NCBI GenBank assembly: GCA_021432655.1
Contig: MU271308.1
Span: 1 to 48,958 of the forward strand
DNA: 48,958 nucleotides
Source: Atractiella rhizophila
Lineage: Eukaryota
Direction of reading: 5' to 3'
In this document: one piece after another, positions 14,176 to 25,895 of the stretch
Position numbering within the stretch: the first letter of the stretch is position 1
Layout of the letters: the number at the start of each line of letters is the position of its first letter
Notes under the pieces: generated by a model
What the model was told of the DNA's origin: nothing
The model's database searches: none
The model's input: the letters and a program-made list of their open reading frames with translations, nothing else
Translations under genes and position numbers: made by a program

Positions 14176-15741
14176 TTACGACGTATCTGTCGTAACATAC
14201 CACATGAGTAGGCTCCTCGCAGGTGGAAGGGGAAGGAAGGCTTACAATAATAATATTCCTCGATGAGCGGGACGTATAGATCCACATAAGTCGAAAAGAG
14301 TCCCAGCAAGGGTTTTCCTTCCAAGGCACCCGAAATCCTTTGTAGATGAGGTCTACGGTACCCAATTAATCACCTTTCTCAATGGGAAAGAGAAAGACGG
14401 ACTTGGTCCAAGCGTCCCATACCGGACCTCTAAACAAATATTTCCAAAACTGTCTCTCCCTTCTCTCCTTCTCTCCCTTCTCCACTTCGCTCGCCGGAGT
14501 GGTCGTTCGTCTCTTTTGGATGTGGAGGGAGAACATTTTGAAGGTTGCGTATTCGATCGCTAGGGAGGAGAAAAAGGGGATCGGATCTCGTCGTCCATAT
14601 TTCTTGAGGAGCATAACTGTGACATATCCTCATCAGCCTGGATCTACCAGTCTACTGGATCGAGATTGGGAGTTGGAGTTGGATGACGAACCATAAATCA
14701 AAGGACGAAGAATGTGTATGATCTCCCCAACGACCTCCCAAGCTCCACCCAAAGGCACCACGAGCTCTTTCGGGCGTCTAATATCGTCCAAACCCCTAAC
14801 TCTGCCCTGCAAAAACTCCTCGATCTCCTTCTTCCCGCCATCCGTGCCTCCCATCAAAAACGGGTCCTTAGCCACAACCGCGTCGACACCAGGAGTCGAA
14901 CCGTTGGGGGCGCGAGTGCGTGCGCGGATGGAGGCGATCGTGGGACGGGTGCGGCCGGTGCGCGTGCCTTTCCAGGTCGTTTGGATCAGTGGGGAGGACG
15001 GGGGAGAGGGAGAGGTGGAGCTGGAGGAGGAAGGGTGGGAGAGGGTGGGATCGATGGTGTCCCGTTCCGCGATGGGCGGGTAGATCGTTGGACGCCGACG
15101 GGTGAGGAAGAGGAGGAGGAGGCGGAGGAGGGTTCTGCATTCATGTTCATGGATGTCAGTCTTGAATCTTTGTTGTGAGTGATATTGCTGAGCAACCCTC
15201 AGTAGAGCGCGTCAGAGTGCATTTATTTATACTGCACTTCACCTCGAAAGTGGAAAGAGAAACGAGACACGCGACCCTCCTTTTGAATGTTTCAGATGGA
15301 AGAGCAAGAGACTCACTTGATGCTTTCCAGCGCGACGACCGTACTTTCCCTCCTCTTTTCACTCACCCTCATCTCGATGGCCAACTCTACCGTCTTCAAG
15401 ACGACCAAAGCCCTGGCCACCAGTTTATAGATGGCATTGCTGCTGGTCCACAACCGTGTATACCTAGCATGGGGAGACGGATGAGGAGCAGGCGGGAGTA
15501 TGCTGTCATGGTAGAAAGAGAGTAAGTTGAGTGCCGAGTAGACGTATTCTGTGCGCGCCGGGGACGAGAAAGAGGCTGGGAGGAGGTAGGACACGGTGCG
15601 GAGGGTGGATTCGATTTGGGTGACTGGAGAGCGTTAGGCAGATAGACTGGGGACGAAGTGCCTACCTCGGCCTATGTTGTTGAGGAGAAAAGACTTGTAT
15701 GCTGCCTGTGGCGACACCCACCCTGAGCTGCTCGACGCCAT
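14176..15741 (-). CDS. PEX16: Peroxisomal membrane protein Pex16, multi-exon
   Basis: AAYKSFLLNN, QIESTLRTVSYLLP, SALNLLSFYHDSIL, PSPHARYTR, GEIIHILRPLIY, YLFRGPVWDAWTK and EEYYYYTS*. Confidence 0.92.
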
Positions 15742-17021
15742 CGTGGTCCTTCTCCATCTCCCTTCGGCCACTCGGTAAACTGCATTTCCCGACAATCAGC
15801 AACGTCATCATCTTCGCCAGCATCCAAACTCTTCATTCATCATTTCGCTCCCTACTACTCGGAGGGTATGAGGAAGGATGGAATACCATGAATTTGAACA
15901 GGCATGGTCATGAGCACACCTTCCCGCTTCAGCAGAGCAATGAGTGAGACATTCCAAAGTGGCGCCAATTTGGTCCGAGAGAACGAGACCCCTTTCCCTC
16001 CATTTGCTTTCCCATGATGGCAAGATATAAAAGGTTTCTTTCGATTTCGATTCCCTCCAAGTCGATCTTCATCTGCTCTCGTCCTTTTTTCGTGCTCGTA
16101 TTTCTGGTATGTCCTCCCGCTTCTTTACACGGAAAGCTATTTGCTAATACTATTGGGATTGAAATAGTGAAATACTCCAGTCCAGTCTCAGTGTAATCGT
16201 CCTTCCATCCGCCTTCATTAATCACTTCATTGGCCACTTCCCTCCTCTGCTTAAACCGTCGACGCGTCTCTCTCCTTCAGTCATCACCCGATCATCATGA
16301 AGGCTTCTGTCATTCTCGCTTGCGCTCTCGCATCCTCAGTCGTCGCTGTTCCCGCTCGTCCCTGGTCCTCCTCTCCTCCCAAAGCCATCGTGGTGCTTCT
16401 CCATCTCCCTTCGGCCACTCGGTAAACTGCACTTCCCGACAATCAGCAACATCATCATCTTCGCCAGCAGTCAACATCCAAACTCTTCATTCATCATTGA
16501 CTCTCGGAGGGTATGAGATGGAATACCATGAAGTCGAACAGGCATGGTCATGAGCACACCTTCCCGCTTCAGCAGAGCAATGAGTGAGACATTCCAAAGT
16601 GGCGCCAATTTGGTCCGAGAGAACGAGACCCCTTTCCCTCCATTTACTTTCCCATCATGGCAAGATATAAAAGGTTCTTTCTCTTTCGATTCCCTCCAAG
16701 TCGATCTTCATCTGCTCTCGTCCATTTTTCGTGCTCGTATTTCTGGTATGTCCTCCCTCTTCTTTGCACGGAAAGCTATTTGCTAATACTATTGGGATTG
16801 AAATAGTGAAATACTCCAGTCCAGTCTCAGTGTAATCGTCCTTCCATCCGCCTTCATTAATAACTTCATTGGCCACTTCCCTCCTCTGCTTAAACCGTCG
16901 ACGCGTCTCTCTCCTTCAGTCATCACCCGATCATCATGAAGGCTTCTGTCATTCTCGCTTGCGCTCTCGCATCCTCAGTCGTCGCTGTTCCCGCTCGTCC
17001 CTGGTCCTCCTCTCCTCCCAA
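15737..17021. repeat. Tandem duplication 1: 15737-16382 / 16384-17021 (divergent intergenic region plus first ~29 codons of the secreted-protein gene)
   Basis: Direct copies differing by SNPs and small indels; extra A at 16383. Confidence 0.95.
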
Positions 17022-18238
17022 GGGTAAGGAGAGCGATTCTGGAAAGCACAAGGAATTGTTTGTCTCCATGGGAAAGAAACGTTAGTTTTATTTCCACCTA
17101 ACTATTTGAACAATAAACTGATGGCAACAGAGATCAAGCGTCAGACTCCTCCTACGACCCCGTCCACTCCAGTAACCACCAGTTTCGATCCCACAAACGC
17201 TGGCTATCTCCAAGGCTATCTCTCTGGTCTCGTCCAGGCTGGGACTCTGACCCCAGACATGATCGCCGGAATTGTGAATTCCCGTTCGCGTCACTCTCAC
17301 ACTTTCTACTCCTTCTATTTCTACGCATGCAGTCTGAAATGAACTAACCTGTCTGTGGAATGTTAACAGCTACCGGAGGAATCCCAACCGAAATCATAAC
17401 CCAGCTAGCGACCGTCAATCCCTCCATAGCCGGAACCCTCGCTCTGCTCAGCCAAGCGACGACGGATGGTACGACGGCCAAGGAACTCGATAATTGGGTC
17501 ACCGCTCAACGCGCCTTTGCGAACGTAGCCCTTCAGCAGGCAGAACTCATTCAGGCTCAAAACGCGTCTTCCGCTTCGAACACCACGTCTACCGATTCGC
17601 AGCCAGGTTCTGCTGCTCAGAATGGGACGATCAGCGGTTCGAGCTTCTTGGATTCTACCGACAGCGGTGACGGTGGAGCTGGAGGAGCGAGTGACGAGAG
17701 CGCTGGTGACCCTGAAGATCCGCAAGATACCGATGCGAGCTCGACGACTGAGTCTCCTTCTTCGTCGAACGACACGAGCGCATCACCTTCGTCTTCTAAG
17801 GGAGCAGAGTCGACGCCGAAGGGAGACGACTGGAACGAAGACCCCTGGCTCATGAGCGGCGGAGGAGCCAACAACCTTGCTGCTAATCCGAATCAGGCTG
17901 CCGCCCCTCAAACGACCCCTCCTACCTCTTCCTCGGCTTCTTTCGACGATGGGATGTGGCATCCTTCCACCACTGCCGCCCCTTCAGATGCCACGCCTAC
18001 CCTTCGAAAACTCAAAGATGGAGATAATTTCGAGCAGGATCCGACTCTTCCTTCACAGCAAGGAGTCGAGGGCGACTCTTCCGATCAGGCTTCTGGAGAT
18101 GGGGAGGACGATGGGACGAGCTCTACGGATGGCTCTGATTTTCAGTCGGCGGATTCGACAGCTGCATCACCCGACGGTGGTATGGGAGAGAACGCTGATA
18201 GCGCAGGCGATGGGGAACAGACGATTTATCAGTTGTAG
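16936..18238 (+). CDS. Secreted Ser/Asp/Gly/Thr-rich low-complexity protein
   Basis: Signal peptide MKASVILACALASSVVA, KR (Kex2-like) site before QTPPTTP, short helical domain, long acidic disordered tail (ORF 17360-18238). Confidence 0.75.
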
Positions 18239-18256
18239 ACGGAGCAGAGAACGGAT

Positions 18257-18275
18257 GATAGATAGATAGATAGAT
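18257..18275. repeat. (GATA)n microsatellite, about 5 units
   Basis: gatagatagatagatagat between two convergent gene ends. Confidence 0.9.
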
Positions 18276-18289
18276 TGCACTGGGAACTG

Positions 18290-19504
18290 TCAATTGGTCC
18301 ACGATGTCTCTATCCCTTTCGATCCCTCTTGAGCCTTGTTCCCTTCTAGAAGTGCCTTCGCTGCCACCTTGTGAATTTCCCCACATGTTTTTAAGCAAAC
18401 ATCGAGTGCCTGCGTGCACAGCGCTCAACAACGACCTTCGAGAATGGTTCAAAAAAAAAATAAAATGACGCACGTCCGTCAGCACTTTCCTGTTCACCCG
18501 TCCTCGCTGCCATATATTCGTAACCGTTCCCAACGCTGGAATACAACTGAAAGTGAGCAGTCCGGTGCTGATAAGTGATTCCTCATAATCAGGATCAAGG
18601 ATGTACGAGGGGAGAGAGGGAGATTTGTAAAACGCCTATTTCTCGTCAGCATCGAGAGCTCCGATGCAAAAAGGAGAACCTGACAGCCGAACATCCTATC
18701 ACGAGCCCATACATCTCGATTCCAGCTGCAGCGAGCGCCACACTGGCGCAGACTACTCCTCTGTACGAAAATCGAATTAACGTCATCCTCTGGCCATCAG
18801 AAGGGGAGGAGAGAAGATGTACGTCGAAATCTCGTCTACTGGATTATCCATCTCTAATATGGTCATTAGGATGTCGATTTGGGATTTGGGGAGGAGTTCT
18901 AGGCGGAGGGAAGGGAGCAAGGATTGTTGAAGTGCTCTTGCGAGCGTTGCTGATTCGCAATCCTAACAACAACAATGAGAGGCATGGACGTCAGATTCAT
19001 TTTTGAAGAGGACAGTGAGGGAGACGAACTTTGCCTGGTGTCCGTCGACGATCTGGACATGAGAAAGGCGCAAGTTTTACTTCGACGTTAAGCTTTGCAT
19101 TTGGATTGAACGGTGCATTGCGTCCTAAAGGTCGCGGGCCATATCTACACATCTTTAGAATTCAGAACCCTGCACCAGACAGAGACAGCGAAGGGCAACT
19201 CACACTGCGCATACGATCTTTGTTTTACGAGTCTCAACGTAGGCAGAACCATCTGCCTGAGATATGAGTCCAGTCTGAATAACTAAACGAAGATAAATCA
19301 GAGAGCCACCAGAGGCTAGTAACATAGAGGACTGAGCGCACAAAGAGGCCTGACATCCTCAGCTCTTCGGTCCTCTGTTCGCTTGAGCTGACCATCGACT
19401 GTAAATCGAGAGTTTGCCAGCTTCTCTGCCTCTGAAACTTGGAGCGTCAGAGGTTTTGTGTTTTCTGGTCCGAGAAAGCGTCGACGGTCGATCGTCGTAG
19501 CCAT
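18290..19504 (-). CDS. MTR3: Exosome RNase PH-like subunit, Mtr3-like, multi-exon
   Basis: N-terminal IDRRRFLGP typical of Mtr3, then ISQADGSAYVE, KIVCAV/YGPRP, LNVEVKLAPFS, SVALAAAGIEMYGLV; last exon ends at 18290. Confidence 0.8.
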
Positions 19505-19758
19505 TTGGCAGTGTTAACAGTGTTACAAATTCAGGTTGCTGAAGCACACCAAAAACTTAGAGATGATCACGACAAAGGCATCACGTGATAGCAGCCTACA
19601 GGTTGTAATGGTTAATGGCCAATTGCGGTGGACCTTGAGCGAGATTCCCTGCTAAAATACAACGACATGGAATAGTATGAGATTCAACTGATTGTAAGCA
19701 ATGTGGTATAAATGCACTTCCAGGATAAAGCACAGCACACAAGGCTCAAATGAAGGCA

Positions 19759-21932
19759 TCACCCTTTGATAAATCGCACTCTCTGGCTCATCTTCGGCGG
19801 CCACTCTTCCATTTCCATTTGGTCGTTCCTCGTACGTCTAGGAAGGGCCGGGACAGTATGCGGGATGGGAGTCGAGAAAAACGGAGGAGGAGACGGCGTA
19901 TTTTCGATCGCGGGTTTCGAGTTGAAAAGATCTATGATCGGTTCATTCCCCAAATCAATGTCGAAATCTGAGGAAGGAACATCAGCCTCGTCTGCCGTTG
20001 ATGAACCCCGGTCTCTTGCGTACCGGTCCTCAGATTGGGAGCTTTGTGGAGGACTCGATGGTGGGAGGGACGAATGGTAGACCCTCTCCATTTTGAGTAT
20101 AGGCTGTGGGTTCTGCTGCTGGTCTACTGCATTGTTTCCTTCCGGTTGAAAGTCCTCCACGACGGCAGAGGGTATCGACGTTGAGATCGGAAGGGCAGAA
20201 GATGACGGATCCTGTTCATTCAAAGACGATGATACAGCCACTTTATCGACGTTGGTGCTCGAGGAGCCCGGAACCTGCGGTTTCTTTTTCCTCTCTCGCA
20301 CTTCCCGTATCAACCGGTCGTATTCAGATTTGTGTTCCGCCTGCGATGCAACGCGTGGTCAGTCTTGTTGGCTGGAGTGGATTAGAGAATGGACGGACAC
20401 CGTGGTGCGCCAGTTCTTTGTCGCCTGTCGGTGTGACCATCGGTTTGGCATTATGCCGTCGCTCCTGTTCAGCGAGGTCGGCGAGCAGTTCGTCAGTCGA
20501 CCTTCTGTGCTGCTCTAACGCGTCTAGGTTCGAGTTTACCAAATTTCGCCAGACCTGAAGGCGATACTTCAGGTCTTCGAGCGAACCGGACGTTGATAGA
20601 GTGGTCTCAAGGTTCTACGCTAGCCTCATTAAAAACTCCCATAAAACATCGGGGGAAAGGCTACATTGATGGCTTTCTTCGCTAACGTCACTTTCGGAAA
20701 ATCCATAGGCTTTGGAATTCTCTTCTTCGGGTATTCTTTCGCCTTCGAATGCAACTTCCTGCCCAATCTCGTGGGTATAAAGGAAAGAAGGAAGGGTGCA
20801 CGTCAGTAACGTACTTGGACTCTTTCTTCTTGTCCTTCGAACTGAATATCTCACCCCATTCTGTCTTTCCTGACTTCGATGTCCCAGCTTCTAAGCCTAG
20901 ACATGTTGCCGCATGCTTTTCAATCTTCGTGAGTGGAAAATGGCGACTACAGAGCGGGCATTCCTCTGGGTCGTAAAAACTTAACCATGGGAGCCAAAGA
21001 GAGTGAAAACGACAACGCACGAAACTTCTCCTTCTCCTCTTCACTTTCCTCCCAATCTAAATCCTCCTTCTTAAGCTTCTTTTTCGAAGACCGCTTAATA
21101 GGAGATGAATTCTCCTCATCGTCCAGAACAATAATTTCAGTCGTCTTCCCCTTCCCAGCCCTTTGACTTCGCGTTTTCATTGGTGAAGGATTGCTCCCAG
21201 CATTACTCTTTTTGGACGGTCGAGACTCGTCGTCAGAGGAATCGCGCTTCCGCTTCTTGCCATTTGTCCCGGACGCAGCGTGCGCGTGCGAAATTTCGAG
21301 CAAGCTTGGTCTGTGAAGGCAAGATCAGTTTCCACTTCGACAACGGGGCTGATCATGCTCAATCCGCGCCACTCTTTGCTGTGTGGAGACATCAACCAGA
21401 AAAGGCACAGTTTCGCATCATGCATTCGGTAAAGAAGAGCAGACTGGAGTGCTCAAATCAAATGCATTTGACAGAAATACCAAAACCACACCACACGGGG
21501 TTGCTTGACTCAGCTTCGCAACTGAGACGCGTCCTACGCTTCCGGACGCGTTTTTGTCTCCCTCAACCGTTCAATGGACTCGAGATAGCTCACCTAGCCT
21601 TCTTCCATGCTGATACAACCTCCTCCAACACTGTATTAGGCCGTAGCTTATCCTCCGCGACTTTAGTGGTGCATGTGGGGCAACTATCGTTGCCGTTCGT
21701 GGAGAGAGTGTCACGAATGCACCTCGAGCAGAAGGTATGAGAGCAGGTGGTGAGGATTACAGGAACGCTGAAAAGGTCTTTGCATATTTGGCACCTTTGC
21801 ACAAATTCTAAACGGACGACTTGTAAACATGGAGAGAAAGACCTACACCAGATTCTTCTCGAGGAGTGTCAAGTTTGGTTGATAAGGCAAGAAGTCCTCA
21901 GGGGCAGATACATCATTGAGAATATCATCCAT
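19759..21932 (-). CDS. RAD18: Postreplication repair E3 ubiquitin ligase Rad18 (3' end approximate)
   Basis: RING CQICKD..CSHTFCSRCIR..CPTC; UBZ ECPLC..IEKHAATC; SAP-like LSTSGS followed by VWRNLVNSNLDA. Confidence 0.9.
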
Positions 21933-22215
21933 AGCTGCAAATGCCCGCTGTAATGTTGCAGCTTCGTCGTTCCCAAGTTTGTGGGAAGGCTGGGCTTTGG
22001 CTGACGGAAGGCCGGAAGTGTATTTTTCCAATAGTCGCCACCTCCAGTAAATCCTTATCCTTTGATACTTCTCAAAAACCTGGCACGATAGCGTATACAT
22101 CTTAGACCAGGATTCGCATACTTGTATCATAGCAGGCGGAAACCTTTAGCGATTTTTTTGTGGTAGAAAAAAAGCAAGATCCAAACCCGCAAGGACTTGG
22201 AGGAAATTCGCAACA

Positions 22216-25200
22216 ATGTGTGAGTACTCCAACCTGCGTTCATGTTCTATATGGGTTTGAAACTTTGTCTTCGCTACTATGCCGCCCATCAGTACTTTGC
22301 GATTGAGCATGTCAGTTTTTTAAAATTGAAGTTGCTGCTTTGACCTCCCCCTGCCCATTTCTTGGAGGAGTGAAATGAATCACTGGAGCTACCTCTATAG
22401 TTTCCTCGGCGATTTTTTACTGATCAGCCTATTGATTCAACTTCCTAATAGCCGGAATAGTCCTAATTCTGACTCTTCCAGGCAAAAACTCTCGGTCCAA
22501 TCGATACATTCTCTTTCATTGGCGGTCAGCCTGAGCACAATTTGACTGTATTATTCTACAGTTGAGCCCTGAGTGCAGATTGGTGAATTTTCTTGCTCTT
22601 CAACTTTTGTTCCCTTCAACCTGTTTCTCTGAGTTTCTGCTAAAGTTCCTGCCAAGGTGCTTGAGGTAATGTGTGTGATGGGAAGAGAATTCAAACTCAG
22701 AGCATCCATCAGCCGTCGCAAGTGTCATCTGATATCTTTTGCCTGTGTCCTCATGCCTGTGGCGTTTAACTGCACCCTTTTCTGTTTTTGGTTATAGTTG
22801 CCCGCGAGGGATTGTGCTCAAACTTGAGAGCCTAAAGCCTAACTTTTGCAACGCACAGACTGGCGTTGTTTTGGTGGAGAACGCGAAAGTGCCACAGAAT
22901 ATGCCTGCCTTACTCCTGTTTGAATTGACAATTTGATTTGCGTGGTCAACGTAGCGCTTTCGATTCGCAACCATCTTTCCTAACTTTCTCCCTCTCGGAC
23001 AGGTGGAATTCTGGCCCTCCTTCTTGCAGGACCGGGATCCAGCACGATCCCAACTCCAGACGGGAGAGCGACGCCGAACGGCCCTCCCCCACTATATGGT
23101 CAGAGTTCGTTCGATTCCCCGGTATCTTCCCAACTGCATCAAAACTCTTTACCACCTCTTCCCGTTACGTTCCCTGCTTCACTCCCTCCTCCTGCTCTCC
23201 CTACTCCGGTACCTTCAGCTTCTCAACATGCGTACCAAACTTCGGCTCATGCTGCAGCCGAGATCTGTGAAGGTTTATCGCTGCTTCAGCATCGCGGTCA
23301 GGATGCTTGCGGTATCGTGACTTGTGGTCCTGGAGGCAGATTCTATCAGACGAAGGGGAACGGAATGGTCAGAGATGTGTTTAGAGATGGGGAAGCTGTC
23401 TTGGAAAAACTCATTGGTGGAATGGGAATCGGACACGGTATTTGATCTTCATTGTGTACGAACAAAATGTGGCTTACTAGTCTGGTCTACAGTGCGCTAT
23501 CCAACTGCTGGCTCGGCTGCACACTCGGAGGCTCAGCCGTTCTACGTCAACTCCCCTTACGGCATTGTCTTTGCGCATGTAAGCATCTGTTATGGTCGGT
23601 GCCCCTGGTCATCGACCGCATATTCATTTCTCGCGCTAAAACCGAGTGCAGAATGGAAACTTGATCAACACTGCTCACCTCCGCTATTATCTTGACCACT
23701 ACGCTCACCGACACATCAACACGGATTCAGACTCGGAGCTCCTCCTCAACATTCTCGCTGACACACTCCAAAAGACAGGCAAGTTCAGAATTGACGAAGA
23801 CGATATTTTTCGCGCTCTGGGTGGACTCATGCAACAGTGCCACGGCGCTTACGCTTGCGTAGCTATGGTGGCCGGTTTTGGAATCGTTGCGTTCAGGGAT
23901 CCGAATGGCATTCGGCCTGTTGGATGGGGAAGGAGACTTGCTTCAAAGAAGGGAGAGCCGGAAAGATGGGATTATGTGATGGCGAGCGAGAGTGTTGTTG
24001 CGGATGCGGCTGGTTATCAGGATTGGCAGGATGTAAAACCTGGTAAGCTGCTCGTTTCAAATGGAAGAAGGGTTACTGAAGCGATGAGGCGACAGGTGAG
24101 GCCGTGATCATTACACGCACTGCTGTTTCAGTCCGTCAAGTGGTCCCACCACGAACCTTCGCACCAGACATCTTCGAATACGTCTATTTGGCACGTCCAG
24201 ATTCTGTCATCGACGGTATCTCGGTTTATCGTTCACGTATGGCTATGGGCGATTATTTGGCTGGAGAGGTTGAGCGAGTTATGACGAAGCACAAGGCGAC
24301 TGTCGATGTCGTCATTCCTGTTCCGGACACTAGTCGAGTTGCGGCTCTTCAATGTGCCCAGAAGATGGGAATTCCATTCCGAGAGGGGTTCGTGAAGAAT
24401 CGCTATGTCGGACGCACCTTTATCATGCCTGGTCAACAACAAAGGTCCGTGGGTATTTTAGACTCTGCGGCAACTTGCTCACGAGAGCGGAATGCAAATT
24501 AATGCAGGCAAAAGAACGTGCGGCGAAAACTTAACGCCATGGCATTGGAATTTTCGGGAAAGAATGTGCTTTTGGTTGACGGTGCGCATCTCACGGGATG
24601 TGCCAAGTGACAGCTCTGAGCTGAAATGCCTCACGCAGACTCGATCGTCAGGGGCACGACTTCGAAAGAGATCGTTCAAATGGCGCGAGATGCGGGAGCG
24701 AAAAGAGTTTATTTTGCCTCTTGCGCACCTCCTATTCGGTGAGCCGTTGCTCTTAGCCATGGTTAGCGTGCTTGTTGACTAACGTGGAGACAGGTTTTCG
24801 AATGTTTATGGCATCGATATGCCCTCACGTCGAGAGCTGGTTGCCCATGGACGTTCAAATCAGGAGATATCCAAAGCAATAGGAGCAGACCTCGTCGTGT
24901 TCCAAACTTTGGACGATCTCGTTAAATCGTGCGGAGAGATAAATCCTTCTATAGAGCGATTCGAGTGTTCGGTCTTCACTGGGGAGTACGTGACTGGAGG
25001 GGTAGATGAAGAATATCTCCAACGATTGGAAAACTTGCGGAACGATAAAGCGAAAGCGAAGAAACCAAGCCTGCAAGGTCTCCCTTCTTCGAACGTAATC
25101 GGTCTCCATAATGAGTCCTCGAGTTGGGAAGCACCGGATGAGCAACTAGGGCTATCGAATTCTGCACATCCTCTTCATCAAACGAGCCCTTCCTTGCCGG

Positions 25201-25226
25201 CGCCACCCAGCGTTAATGGGCATTAG
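22216..25226 (+). CDS. ADE4: Amidophosphoribosyltransferase (glutamine PRPP amidotransferase)
   Basis: ATG-T|783-nt intron|GT-GGA-ATT gives [79 protein letters not shown]. Confidence 0.97.
22220..23002 (+). other. 783-nt structured first intron of ADE4 (candidate ncRNA host or regulatory RNA)
   Basis: GTGAGT donor at 22220, CCTAAC branch ~22979, CAG acceptor at 23002; several complementary segments visible (see findings). Intron is well supported; RNA function is not. Confidence 0.7.
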
Positions 25227-25895
25227 ATTTCATCAAATTGTTGATACGTCTGGTGTATTATTGGCCATCCTTTCTGCGTGTTGCTTTGGCTTGAAAAATG
25301 CTTGCTGCCGTTCCGAATTGCACATCTATGCGTATTGCACAGCTTGCTTCATCAAGCTTGCTTACATTAATCTGAGTAAAACGTGCTAATGTCCCAACAA
25401 CCTCTTCGCCCACCCTCCAGTTCTTTTATGCCTTCAGTGCATGTGGACCCCACGGCAACGTGGATACCTCAGATAGCCCATATGAGCGGAAGCTCGAGGA
25501 AATGCAGACAAAGGGTAATTTTGAGAGCCTATCTTCTGATTCTGATTAAAGAGGGGAAAACTTGTGCAGCGTGCTGTTACAAATAGCTTGGACGGGCAGA
25601 CGAAGGAACGACGCCAGTGTATTCTACGTTTCTTCCTTCCTTTGCGGCTTATTAGACTTTTTTGCCCAACAAGAGATGGGAAGTGTTTCGCACTATTGCT
25701 CGATCAGATAGACGCCATTTTTCTCACTCAATCTTCTTTGGGCACACATTTCACCCAATCTCACGACACCCAATCTTACAATCTTACGCGACGGCGGCCT
25801 CATCTCAGCCAACTCTTATAAAAACCCTTGCTCCAGCTAGCTAACATACCCTCCATCGGCGGCGGCATTGCAACGACACGTAGACAGTAGAGGTC

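Noticed and set aside
15929..16876. Repeated ORF MANEVINEGGWKDD... as a small gene pair
   Set aside because: It lies in the duplicated divergent promoter, has a non-ATG start, and the copies are frameshifted relative to each other.
22480..22910. RNase P/MRP, group I intron, U3 or snR30 identity for the ADE4 intron
   Set aside because: Only partial look-alikes (AAAACTCTCGG, ATAGTTG, ACAGAA); consensus spacing and helix order did not fit by eye.
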